A stretch of DNA of 64,000 nt, taken from an uncultured Chloroflexia bacterium. Lineage in GTDB: Bacteria; Chloroflexota; Chloroflexia; QHBQ01; JADMIH01. The notes below the pieces were generated by a model, which was not told the origin of the DNA, searched no databases, and saw nothing but the letters and a program-made list of their open reading frames with translations. The stretch spans positions 128,001 through 192,000 of the forward strand of contig CAWCNY010000006.1 in the NCBI GenBank assembly GCA_963797095.1, written 5' to 3'. A program made the translations under genes and the position numbers. Below are positions 19,782 through 28,445 of the stretch, one piece after another. The number at the start of each line of letters is the position of its first letter. Positions within the stretch are counted from its first letter, which is position 1.

Positions 19782-20180
19782 TTATTCTTCTTCCAGTTGT
19801 TCGGCAATGGAGATCCCGGCCTCGGCGCAGGCTAGCCTGAGAAGGCCGAGGGAGAGGGTGGCGCATTTCATGCGGGCGTAGCTTACTTCTACGCCGAGCA
19901 TTTCGAGTATGTCGTCGCGGGTGGTGGAGGCAAGGTCTGTCAGCTTTGCGCCTTCCATCCTCTCGGTGAGCATGGAGGCGGCGGCCTGGCTGATGGCACA
20001 GCCGCGGCCCGTGAAGCGCACATCCTCGACGGTGCCGTCTTTTACTCGCAGGTCCATCGCGAGCCTATCGCCGCACAAGGGGTTGTTGGCCTCGACGTGG
20101 ATGTCGGGGTTTTCGAGCTTGCCGAAATTGCGTGGGTGCTTGTAGTGATCTAATATGTCTTCTGCGTATAACGAGTCCAT
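19782..20180 (-). CDS. sufU: SUF system NifU-family Fe-S assembly protein SufU
   Basis: ILDHYKHPRNFG, NPLCGD, GCAISQA and RMKCA. Confidence 0.95.
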   Translation of the reverse strand: MDSLYAEDILDHYKHPRNFGKLENPDIHVEANNPLCGDRLAMDLRVKDGTVEDVRFTGRGCAISQAAASMLTERMEGAKLTDLASTTRDDILEMLGVEVSYARMKCATLSLGLLRLACAEAGISIAEQLEEE

Positions 20181-20302
20181 AATTGTTTCCTAACTACCTT
20201 GTTCTAGAGCTTTGCCAGTGAGGATCCATCACACATATCTTTGTTGGTAACCTATATCCGGATGAGAATCGCTACAGGATCGGCTTTCATGACACATCTT
20301 CT

Positions 20303-21145
20303 TCAGTACGGCACTGGCAAGATCAATCCTTGTGTTTGACGCTGCTTTCGTATGAGAATAGCGCCCATCCAGGCCCAATTTGCGCCAAACAACACCAGCA
20401 ATATTGTAAACACATTCTGCTCAAAGAGGAAGTATTCAAGGTCAGGTCCGATCAGACCACTATCGAGCAGCAACTTGGGAATATGAAAAACCACGGCACT
20501 AAGCGTCATTGCCATGCCCAACCATACAGGGATCATCTTGGTTTTTGTCAGCGCGACGTAAAGAATCACCAGTCCCACAGAAACAATAACAAGCCCAAGA
20601 CTCGCGTGTGAGAACCACCCAAGCTGAGCAAAATAAGGACCATCTACGCCCAGGATGTTGAGTATCCCCCCGAATTGGGAGTTCTGGGAGTTGTCCTGGA
20701 ATATCTGAACCAGGGTCCCAGCATCGAGCACATATACATCGGCCGTGCCAAGTGCAGATAGCAACAGCCCTACGCATACAGTGATAAGCCCAAAACGTGC
20801 GCTCCTGGGCAATGCGGGTACAGGTACGAGGAGCAGGCTAAGGGTGCTATGCAGAAATAGTAATAGTGAAATAGTGCACAACGGGATAGGGAATGGAGAG
20901 AGGTCTAAACGAAGCAGATATGCCCTTATATCATCCGCGATTGAGAAATCTGATCCCAAGAACAGAAATAGCACCCACAGAGCACTTCCAAGCAAGCCAG
21001 CTAACCAACCCCATTCCAACACATCTCGCCCAAACCGAACCGTCATGCTCCGAATCGCTGGCAAGTCGAGCCACCGATCCGACCACTCGTGTTGTGCAAC
21101 CGCCGATTGCCTTGCCGCTATTCCCTTGATGCTTCTACGTGCCAT
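20303..21145 (-). CDS. Hypothetical integral membrane protein
   Basis: 280 aa with about 6 hydrophobic segments; lower GC than its neighbours. Confidence 0.7.
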   Translation of the reverse strand: MARRSIKGIAARQSAVAQHEWSDRWLDLPAIRSMTVRFGRDVLEWGWLAGLLGSALWVLFLFLGSDFSIADDIRAYLLRLDLSPFPIPLCTISLLLFLHSTLSLLLVPVPALPRSARFGLITVCVGLLLSALGTADVYVLDAGTLVQIFQDNSQNSQFGGILNILGVDGPYFAQLGWFSHASLGLVIVSVGLVILYVALTKTKMIPVWLGMAMTLSAVVFHIPKLLLDSGLIGPDLEYFLFEQNVFTILLVLFGANWAWMGAILIRKQRQTQGLILPVPY

Positions 21146-21160
21146 GATCTAGCTCGCTGT

Positions 21161-21706
21161 CTACAAACGTGCTTGGAATTCCTCCAATTTCATCCCGTAG
21201 ACTAACATATCCCAATGCTTGCCTTTAGTATAGATCATGTGCCGAAGCCGCCCTTCCGGCCGGAAACCCATGCGCTCGTGCAGAGCTATGGATGCGTCGT
21301 TGAAGCTGTAGACCTCGGCGTTCACTTTGTGGTAGCCTAACTCCTCGAAAAAGTAGCGTAGCACCAGTTTGATTGCTTCCGATGCATAGCCTTTGCGTTG
21401 GTGCTCTTGCATTATAGCGAAGCCGTACTTGAAGTTGCCGTTGTGGCGGTCGCAGTGGTGTGTACGGAAGGTGCCCACAATCGTGCCGTCCAGGGTTTCT
21501 ATCACCCAGATGTAGTCGTCTTCGTGAGGAGGGCGCACCGAGGCTTCCTGCGCCCATCGGGCGACGCTCTCCCTGGATTGGGGGAACGGAATCTCGTAGA
21601 GATGGCGTGCCATCTCGGTGTCGAGGTTCCACTCGAAGAAGGCGTGGGCGTCCGAGGGTTCCAATGCTCTGAGGCGCACCCGCGCGCTTTGCCAGAAGTT
21701 GCTCAT
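21161..21706 (-). CDS. GNAT (RimJ/RimL-like) N-acetyltransferase
   Basis: VRLRALEPSD, HQRKGYASEA and NDASIALHERMGFRPEG. The ATG at 21706 overlaps the upstream stop (ATGA). Confidence 0.92.
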   Translation of the reverse strand: MSNFWQSARVRLRALEPSDAHAFFEWNLDTEMARHLYEIPFPQSRESVARWAQEASVRPPHEDDYIWVIETLDGTIVGTFRTHHCDRHNGNFKYGFAIMQEHQRKGYASEAIKLVLRYFFEELGYHKVNAEVYSFNDASIALHERMGFRPEGRLRHMIYTKGKHWDMLVYGMKLEEFQARL

Positions 21707-21882
21707 TTCTCTCTGATCAGCACTATTATTCTGTAGATGAGAAAGGCGACGAAGAAGAGGAAGAGGCCGACGCGTATCGGGTTCCATTCGTACTGTAGCA
21801 GGCCTTCGCCCACGAGGAAGATGCCCACTATCGGCAGGAGCAATAAGAGATATTTGCGATACCTTGCCTGGGCTTCTTCCAT
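21703..21882 (-). CDS. Small two-TM membrane protein (59 aa)
   Basis: MEEAQARYRKYLLLLLPIVGIFLVG...FLFFVAFLIYRIIVLIREK. TGATG overlap with sufS and ATGA overlap with the GNAT gene. Confidence 0.7.
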   Translation of the reverse strand: MEEAQARYRKYLLLLLPIVGIFLVGEGLLQYEWNPIRVGLFLFFVAFLIYRIIVLIREK

Positions 21883-23138
21883 CAGGCGAATACCTTCTGA
21901 ACTTTGGCTACGGCTCCAACTAGAGCGTCGATATCTTCGAAGCGAGTATACACATAGAAAGAGGCTCGTGCCAGCGCGGGCACGCCAAGATGGTGCATTA
22001 GGGGTTGGCAGCAGTGGTGCCCTGCGCGGACGCAAATGCCCTCCGAGTCCATGATGGTGGCGATGTCGTGGGGGTGCGCGCCCGCGATATCGAAGGCCAC
22101 TACTCCGCCCTTGTACGCGGCGTCGGGTCCATAGATCGTTACGCCCGGCAATCCGCTCATCCTGTCGAGCGCATAGGCAGTTAGTTCTTGTTCTCGGTTG
22201 TGAATGTTCTCTATGCCTATGGCGCTGATGTAGTCAATTGCCGCTCCCAAGCCGATGGCTTCGGCGATGGCGGGTGTGCCTGCCTCGAACTTCCAAGGGA
22301 GCTCGTTGGGGGTGAACCCATCGAGGGTTACGGTTGAGATCATGTCGCCGCCGCCCAGGAAGGGGGGCATGCCTTTCAGGAGGTCTTTTTTGCCGTAGAG
22401 GATGCCGATGCCTGTTGGGCCGCACATCTTGTGGCCTGAGAAGGCGAGGAAATCGACATCGAACGCTGTGACGTTTACAGGAAGGTGGGGCACGCTTTGA
22501 GCCGCATCGAGCATGATGAGTGCGCCTGCCGCATGGGCTTCTTTGATGATATCTTCTACCGGGTTGATAGTGCCGAGGACGTTGCTCATGTGGGTTATGC
22601 TTACCAGTTTTACGCCTTTGAGCATCTGGTGGAGGTTGTCAAGCGCGAGCGTGCCGCTCGGTGTTACATCGAGGTAGCGTATGGTGATGCCTCGTTCTTT
22701 GGCGAGGATGTGCCAGGGCACCAGATTGGAATGGTGCTCCATTTTGCTCAGGAGCACAACATCTCTCTCCTGGAGGTTGGCGCGTCCCCAGGAATAGGCT
22801 ACGAGATTGAGCGCCTCGGTGGCGTTGCGGGTGTAGATTATCTCGCGGCTCGATTTGGCCCCGATGAAGCGGGCTATCTTGCCCCTGGCTTCTTCGTACC
22901 GGCGGGTGGCCGTCTCGCTGATCTCGTACACGCCGCGATGGATGTTGGCGTTGCATGTCTTGTAATAGTCGTCCATGGTGTCTAGCACCGCCTGGGGCTT
23001 TTGCGAGGTGGCGGCGCTGTCCAGGTAGACGAGCGGTTTTCCGTGCACGGTGCGCTTAAGGATCGGGAAATCGGCGCGGATGCGCTCCCAGTCGACGCCT
23101 GTTGTGCTCTTGGCTGTTGTTTCCATGTTCGAGATCAT
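21882..23138 (-). CDS. sufS: Cysteine desulfurase SufS (type II)
   Basis: YLDSAATSQKP, ANIHRG, MEHHSN, FSGHKM, FEAGTP and RAGHHC. The start may instead be 23126. Confidence 0.97.
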   Translation of the reverse strand: MISNMETTAKSTTGVDWERIRADFPILKRTVHGKPLVYLDSAATSQKPQAVLDTMDDYYKTCNANIHRGVYEISETATRRYEEARGKIARFIGAKSSREIIYTRNATEALNLVAYSWGRANLQERDVVLLSKMEHHSNLVPWHILAKERGITIRYLDVTPSGTLALDNLHQMLKGVKLVSITHMSNVLGTINPVEDIIKEAHAAGALIMLDAAQSVPHLPVNVTAFDVDFLAFSGHKMCGPTGIGILYGKKDLLKGMPPFLGGGDMISTVTLDGFTPNELPWKFEAGTPAIAEAIGLGAAIDYISAIGIENIHNREQELTAYALDRMSGLPGVTIYGPDAAYKGGVVAFDIAGAHPHDIATIMDSEGICVRAGHHCCQPLMHHLGVPALARASFYVYTRFEDIDALVGAVAKVQKVFA

Positions 23139-23406
23139 CTTATGACCAACCTTTCAAGCCTGCTCGTTCGGGGGTGTGATCCTGGGCCACCACTCTCTGA
23201 CCAGTTGCAAGTCTTCTCCATCCAGGAGGGAAAGTAAATAGTAAAGAGAGAGTTGGGGGGACACCCCAGCCGCCCAGAGGGCACCCGCCCGGCAGGCAGT
23301 TCCGCCTGCACCCCCCTTTTGGTAGGCGAGAAAGGAGAAGGGGCATGGCAACGCCACACCCCTGCTGGTTACTAACTCCGAACTCGGCATTCCGCCCTCC
23401 GTATTC

Positions 23407-24786
23407 TTATAGACCGGGTCGCTGTGCTTCCTTCCCGACGCGAGGTAGCTCGACTTTGTGCTGGATGATCTCGCGCAGGCGCTGACGCACCAACTCCAGG
23501 GGCATCTCCGCGATCACAGGCTCGAAGAAGCCGCCAACGATCAGTTTTTCGGCTTCGATCTCCGGTATGCCTCGGCTGCGGAGGTAGAACATTTGCTCCT
23601 CCTGCACCGTGCCGACCGTCGCGCCGTGCGAGCACCTTACGTCGTCGGCCAGGATCTCCAGGCCGGGGATGGAGTTGGCTTTGGCCCCTTCGCTCAGGAA
23701 GAGGGTGTTCATGGTGAGGTAGGAGTCGGTCTTTTGAGCGCCGTGGTCCACCTTGATGATGCCCTCGAAGCCCAGCCTTGATTGGTCCCTGACGGCACCT
23801 TTGAAGAGGATGTCGCCGTAGGTGTTTTGTGCTACATGGTGGGTGTTGGAGGTGTTGTCGTAGTGCTGGTCGCCGTCGGTGAAGCAGATACCGCGTGTGA
23901 GGGTTCGCGCGCCGGTGCCCAGTAGCTGGGTTTCGGCGTGAGCTTTGATCAGTTTCGCGCCGACCTCGCCTATAACCCAGTGCATGAGGCCGCCCTTGTC
24001 CACCTGGGCGTAGCGAGTGGCGAAGGAGTAGACGTTGCGGCCCCACTCCTGCATTGATGTGAACTCGACCTTGGCGTCCTCGCCTACAGAGACCTCGACC
24101 ACGCCTGAGTGGAGGGCCTGGCCCTGTGTGTAGCTCGAATGGAACTCTTCGACATAGCGCACATCAGCGCCCTTTTCGGTCACAATGAGAGTGTGGCCCA
24201 GGGCGGGGGCGCCGAGGGTGTCGAGACGGTAAACTACGTGCACAGGCAATTCTACTTTGACACCCTCCGGTATGTAGAGGAAGACCCCTCCGCTCCAGAG
24301 TGCACTATGCAATGCTGCGAACTTATCTTTATTAGGGGCGACCAGCTTGTGTAAAAAATTCTCTACTATAGAGGAATGATCTCTCACCGCCTCTTCGAGC
24401 GAGCAGAAGATCACGCCCTGCGCCTTCACATCGTCGGGCACATGCAGGTATGCGGTCTCCGAGTTGATTTGTACAAGCAAGCTACCGGCTTCATCGCTTT
24501 CGCCGCCGAGCGCCATGCCCTCTTCCGATTCCTGCCCGCTTGTCTCTGCGCCGACATAGGCTTTGAGGGTGTTGAGGTCAAGCTCGCTTACGTCGGTGGT
24601 CCACCATTGGGCGATGCCTTTGGTCCACCTCGGTAACGGCAGAGTCTCGAATGCGTTCCAGCCTTCCAGTCTCTGCTCGCGCAACCATTCAGGCTCGTTC
24701 AGTCGATCCGACAGAGCTAAGACCGCTTCTTTTGTAAGCCCGCCTTCGTTCAGAGCGCGTGTTTCGACAGCGCTAGGCGTTCCCAT
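23407..24786 (-). CDS. sufD: Fe-S cluster assembly protein SufD
   Basis: DKFAALHSAL, GVFLYIP, PGLEILADDVRCSHGATVG and FYLRSRGI. GAGGAG RBS before the ATG at 24786. Confidence 0.88.
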   Translation of the reverse strand: MGTPSAVETRALNEGGLTKEAVLALSDRLNEPEWLREQRLEGWNAFETLPLPRWTKGIAQWWTTDVSELDLNTLKAYVGAETSGQESEEGMALGGESDEAGSLLVQINSETAYLHVPDDVKAQGVIFCSLEEAVRDHSSIVENFLHKLVAPNKDKFAALHSALWSGGVFLYIPEGVKVELPVHVVYRLDTLGAPALGHTLIVTEKGADVRYVEEFHSSYTQGQALHSGVVEVSVGEDAKVEFTSMQEWGRNVYSFATRYAQVDKGGLMHWVIGEVGAKLIKAHAETQLLGTGARTLTRGICFTDGDQHYDNTSNTHHVAQNTYGDILFKGAVRDQSRLGFEGIIKVDHGAQKTDSYLTMNTLFLSEGAKANSIPGLEILADDVRCSHGATVGTVQEEQMFYLRSRGIPEIEAEKLIVGGFFEPVIAEMPLELVRQRLREIIQHKVELPRVGKEAQRPGL

Positions 24787-25741
24787 CGTCATCCTCCTCG
24801 TTGGAGATGCCGTTGGTGCCGTTGCCATCTTCCATATAATCGGTGCGCAGCCAGTCGTAACCCTTGACCTCAAGCTCCTGAGCCAATTCGGGGCCGCCCG
24901 ATTGCACGAGTTTGCCGCCGATCATGACGTGCACGTAATCGGGCTTGATGTAGTTCAAAATGCGCTGGTAGTGCGTCACCAGGAGCACGCCCAGCTTGGG
25001 ACCGCGCAGGCTTTCCACTCCATCGGCCACTACGCGCACCGCGTCGATGTCGAGGCCGGAGTCGGGTTCGTCGAGCATGGCGATTTTGGGTTTGAGCATG
25101 GCCATCTGGAGCACCTCAAGCCGCTTCTTTTCGCCGCCTGAGAAGCCGTCGTTTACGTAGCGAGTGGCGAAACTATCGTCCATCTTGAGGAGCGCCAGCG
25201 CTTCGCGCAGGTTCTTGCGGAATTCTCTTACCGCGGGGGTGGATCTGGCGACCCCGCTTCGTCCCACGTAATTGGGCGCTACCAGGTCGGATTGGGGCGC
25301 GGTCTCGGACTTCACTCTGCCCTGGTCGTCGAGCAATTCGGCCTCGGTGCGCGCCCTCGGCTTGGTCAGTGACACGATAGCGGTGCGGATGAAGTTAGCC
25401 ACGCTCACACCGGGAATGGATGAAGGATACTGGAAGCCGAGGAAGAGGCCCACCTTGGCTCTTTCGTCGGGCGGCAGCTTTGTGAGGTCTGCGCCGTTCA
25501 GGGTGGCCGTCCCAGAGGTGATCTGATAATTGGGGTTGCCCATCAAGGCGTTCACCAGGGTCGATTTGCCCGACCCGTTTGGTCCCATCAGGGCGTGTAC
25601 TTCGCCTTGCTTCACCGCCAGGCTCACGCCCTTCAATATCTCGCGGCCCTCGACCTGTACGTGCAGGTCTTTGATCACAAGCCCCTCTCCTAACTCGTTT
25701 TCATCTACCGCTATATTCTCTTCTACTATGCTATTTGCCAT
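24773..25741 (-). CDS. sufC: Fe-S cluster assembly ABC ATPase SufC
   Basis: MGPNGSGKST, FQYP, VNDGFSGGEKKR, LDEPDSGLDID and VTHYQRIL. Confidence 0.97.
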   Translation of the reverse strand: MANSIVEENIAVDENELGEGLVIKDLHVQVEGREILKGVSLAVKQGEVHALMGPNGSGKSTLVNALMGNPNYQITSGTATLNGADLTKLPPDERAKVGLFLGFQYPSSIPGVSVANFIRTAIVSLTKPRARTEAELLDDQGRVKSETAPQSDLVAPNYVGRSGVARSTPAVREFRKNLREALALLKMDDSFATRYVNDGFSGGEKKRLEVLQMAMLKPKIAMLDEPDSGLDIDAVRVVADGVESLRGPKLGVLLVTHYQRILNYIKPDYVHVMIGGKLVQSGGPELAQELEVKGYDWLRTDYMEDGNGTNGISNEEDDDGNA

Positions 25742-25824
25742 GCCTGTAAAATGCCTCCTCTATTTATTGACGAAAGACGAAGGACGAAGGACGAAAGTGT
25801 CCTTCGCTTTGCATTTGTCACTGT

Positions 25825-26595
25825 TTATTCGGGTGTGCCTACGGAAGTAACTTTGCCGACAAGCTCGATAGGCTCGCTTTGCAAGCGGCTCACGTGGAAC
25901 TCGCAGGCGCACGCGCCATCTACGATCCTGTCCGATAGCTCGATGCTTACACCCGGCCCCAGGAGGTCGATCATCATCTCCTGCTCCATGTCGCAGATTT
26001 CGCGGTGGTTGCGTGCTACATCAAAATAAGGGCAGGTGTGTGCTTTGAGCACATAGCCGCTAATGCCCTCCTCGTTCTGCACCGATACCATCGACACGTC
26101 CATGCCGGTTTCGCCGAGCGAGGCTACGAGGCCAAGAAGCTTCTGCGAAAGCTCGTTCACCTGGGTACCGCCCGCGAACTTGCTGGCTAATCTTCGGCTC
26201 ACGCGGTTCAGCAGCGCTCTCAGCCCTTCCTGGCCGTGCATTTCCATGGTCTCTTCCATCAGCAATTGGGCCAGGGTGGCGTAGTCTTTGGGGAAGAGGT
26301 CCTGGGCTTTCTCGGTAAGGGAGTATACATAGAAGGGACGCCCGATCTCTCCTCTTACCCGAGTGGCCTGCAAGAATCCCTCCCTCAAGAGGTGGGCTAC
26401 CTGCTCGCGTACTGCCGTGGTTGTCACGCCCATCTCGGCCTCAAGCTCTTTCACGGAAGCCGAGCCATGCCGCTGCACGATCTTCAGTACTTCGGCGCGG
26501 GGCGAGCCTTCAACATCTTTGGGGTCTCGGATCATTTTCGTCCCTCCACTTTCCCTTTCCCTTTCCCTTTCCACACTTGTCATCACTGTAGGCAT
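25825..26595 (-). CDS. SufR-like wHTH (ArsR-type) Fe-S sensing regulator
   Basis: N-terminal HTH, GRP-x-Y-x-LT, FPKDY and the C-terminal HTCPY...ICDME...CAC motif; heads the suf operon. Confidence 0.88.
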   Translation of the reverse strand: MPTVMTSVERERERESGGTKMIRDPKDVEGSPRAEVLKIVQRHGSASVKELEAEMGVTTTAVREQVAHLLREGFLQATRVRGEIGRPFYVYSLTEKAQDLFPKDYATLAQLLMEETMEMHGQEGLRALLNRVSRRLASKFAGGTQVNELSQKLLGLVASLGETGMDVSMVSVQNEEGISGYVLKAHTCPYFDVARNHREICDMEQEMMIDLLGPGVSIELSDRIVDGACACEFHVSRLQSEPIELVGKVTSVGTPE

Positions 26596-26665
26596 GCCGC
26601 TACCACCCTATTATATCATTCAATGGCCCGGCCAGTCAATTTACACAGCGAAAACTGTCGAAATC

Positions 26666-27463
26666 TCACTTGCCGCCGTTAGCCATCCACCATAGGGAGG
26701 CGATCATCACACCATCTGCTAACCAATGGGCCACTACTGGCCCCGCCAGGTTGCCTGTGCGCTCCCTGAGCAGGCCGAACGCTACACCCGCCAGCCCTGT
26801 CGCGACGATCCCTCCTAGTGTTCCCAGTGGCACGACGAAATCCTGGAGAAATGGGGGGAGTGCGCTGGCCGATGTAAGGTTGGTTTGTATCACCGAAATA
26901 GCGGTTACTCCTATGTGCCAGAGGCCAAAGACCGCAGCTGTGATCCCTATGGCTTTGCAGGCCGATAGTCTGCGGCGCAATATCCCGAACAAGAGGCCAC
27001 GAAAGGCCAGTTCCTCGAAGAAAGCGATGCTGACAGGCACCCTTACCAGCAGGTCCAGCGCTAACTCGCCCTGGCTGATCCTGGCTATGGGGCCGTATTC
27101 CAGTGGCGCGTTCGAGACGAGCGGATTCGCGAAAAAGAGGACTGAGATCGTGGCTAACCCGATCCCGACAGGCACTCCCCACGCTATGGATGTCCACAAC
27201 CCCTGTTTCTTCAGGCCCGCTCCTGCTAACCCTCCCAGCTCCCTGGCGGTGTAAGGCACCAGTACCAGCAGGAATGGCGGATTGATATAGCGAAATGCCA
27301 GCTCGGTGCTCCATCCAACTCCGTAGGCAATGGCCGCTCCCAGGTTGCTATAGGCGACCAGGATTGCCGATACAGCCAGAGGCTTGGCTGATTGCCCGAG
27401 AGCTTGCCTGCGGCTGCGTATTCCAGCATTCATATACCGACAGTTTAGCACCGCCTCACGCAT
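26666..27463 (-). CDS. CPBP (CAAX/Abi) intramembrane metalloprotease
   Basis: EELAFRG, FGLWH and AHWLAD motifs. Confidence 0.9.
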   Translation of the reverse strand: MREAVLNCRYMNAGIRSRRQALGQSAKPLAVSAILVAYSNLGAAIAYGVGWSTELAFRYINPPFLLVLVPYTARELGGLAGAGLKKQGLWTSIAWGVPVGIGLATISVLFFANPLVSNAPLEYGPIARISQGELALDLLVRVPVSIAFFEELAFRGLLFGILRRRLSACKAIGITAAVFGLWHIGVTAISVIQTNLTSASALPPFLQDFVVPLGTLGGIVATGLAGVAFGLLRERTGNLAGPVVAHWLADGVMIASLWWMANGGK

Positions 27464-27545
27464 CCGGCAATCGCTAACTCAATCCAATTCTCGACTGCAT
27501 CTAATATGGTGGTGAGAGCCGCCGCTTGCCAGGTCGCGCCTAACA

Positions 27546-27612
27546 ATCTTAGCGATCTTAAGGGTATCTTAAGGCCATCCTAATAGACATGCCTACCTTT
27601 CGCCCTTATGAT
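27546..27612 (+). promoter_or_regulatory. Phased ATCYTA direct repeats (candidate response-regulator site) and a -10 TATGAT
   Basis: ATCTTA at 27546, 27555 and 27566, ATCCTA at 27577 (last three 11 bp apart), TATGAT at 27607. Confidence 0.5.
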
Positions 27613-27674
27613 ACGGTCTATCGGGCGCAAATTGTATAGGGCAAATTAAGACCCAATTCAGGAGGAAACAGGTA

Positions 27675-28199
27675 ATGAAGAAGGTTCTATTATTAGCAAT
27701 GGCCATCTTCGCTGTACTCGCTCTATCCGGCGCACATGCTTATGCCGCTGACAGTATCACTGTAAACCTGACCGCTCAGAACGACTCAGGCCAAAACGGA
27801 ACCGCCGTCCTTACAGACATGGGTGACGGCACTACTATGGTCGTGGTCGATATTTCGGGTGGCAGTGATACGCCCCAGCCCGCGCATATCCACGATGGCA
27901 CCTGCGCCAACCTCAATCCCAAGCCGAAATGGCCCCTCACCAATGTGGTAAACGGGATGTCGGAGACGGTGGTTCCGGTTAGCCTCTCAGACCTCACCAG
28001 CGGCGTGTATGCCATCAACGTCCACAAGTCCGCCGCTGAGGCTTCTGTGTACGTTGCCTGCGGTAATATCGAGGCGCTGGTGATAGCCGGGATGCCTCAG
28101 ACGGGCGTTTCGTCGTTCTATGTTGAGACAGCCGCGCTGGTTGGGCTTGCTCTTATTGTCACGGTGCTGGGTTGGCGATTGTCTCGCCGCCGAGCATAG
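27675..28199 (+). CDS. Secreted CHRD/Cu-SOD-like protein with a sortase-type C-terminal anchor
   Basis: Signal peptide (AHAYA), QPAHIHDGTC, INVHKS and YVACG, then MPQTG, a TM helix and an RRRA tail. Confidence 0.8.
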   Translation: MKKVLLLAMAIFAVLALSGAHAYAADSITVNLTAQNDSGQNGTAVLTDMGDGTTMVVVDISGGSDTPQPAHIHDGTCANLNPKPKWPLTNVVNGMSETVVPVSLSDLTSGVYAINVHKSAAEASVYVACGNIEALVIAGMPQTGVSSFYVETAALVGLALIVTVLGWRLSRRRA

Positions 28200-28217
28200 T
28201 CAGCTTCGGGCACAATT

Positions 28218-28428
28218 ATGAGACATCCCGAATATTGAATTCGCGTGTACTACAGTGCCGGGGTGCTCCAAGACCCCACCCCAACCCCTCCCCGAAATTT
28301 GGGGAGGGGCGCTCTTTTTAGAACCAGATTGCATGTTTGCAAACCCGCATTTCCAGATTGCATGTTTGCAAACCCGCACTTAATGTTTGCGAATATGCAT
28401 TTACCATCTAAAGTTCGGGATGTTTCAT
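28218..28428. mobile_element. MITE-like element with 15-bp imperfect terminal inverted repeats
   Basis: ATGAGACATCCCGAA (28218-28232) and TTCGGGATGTTTCAT (28414-28428), with an internal hairpin and a 28-bp tandem repeat. Related sequence occurs at about 12508-12570 and 32293-32318. Confidence 0.55.
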
Positions 28429-28445
28429 GTTTGTGCCTGGACGCG

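Noticed and set aside
23407-25741. SufC-SufD pair as an SMS (SmsCB) minimal system
   Set aside because: SufC lacks the C-terminal Cys motif, and sufS, sufU and sufR are present.
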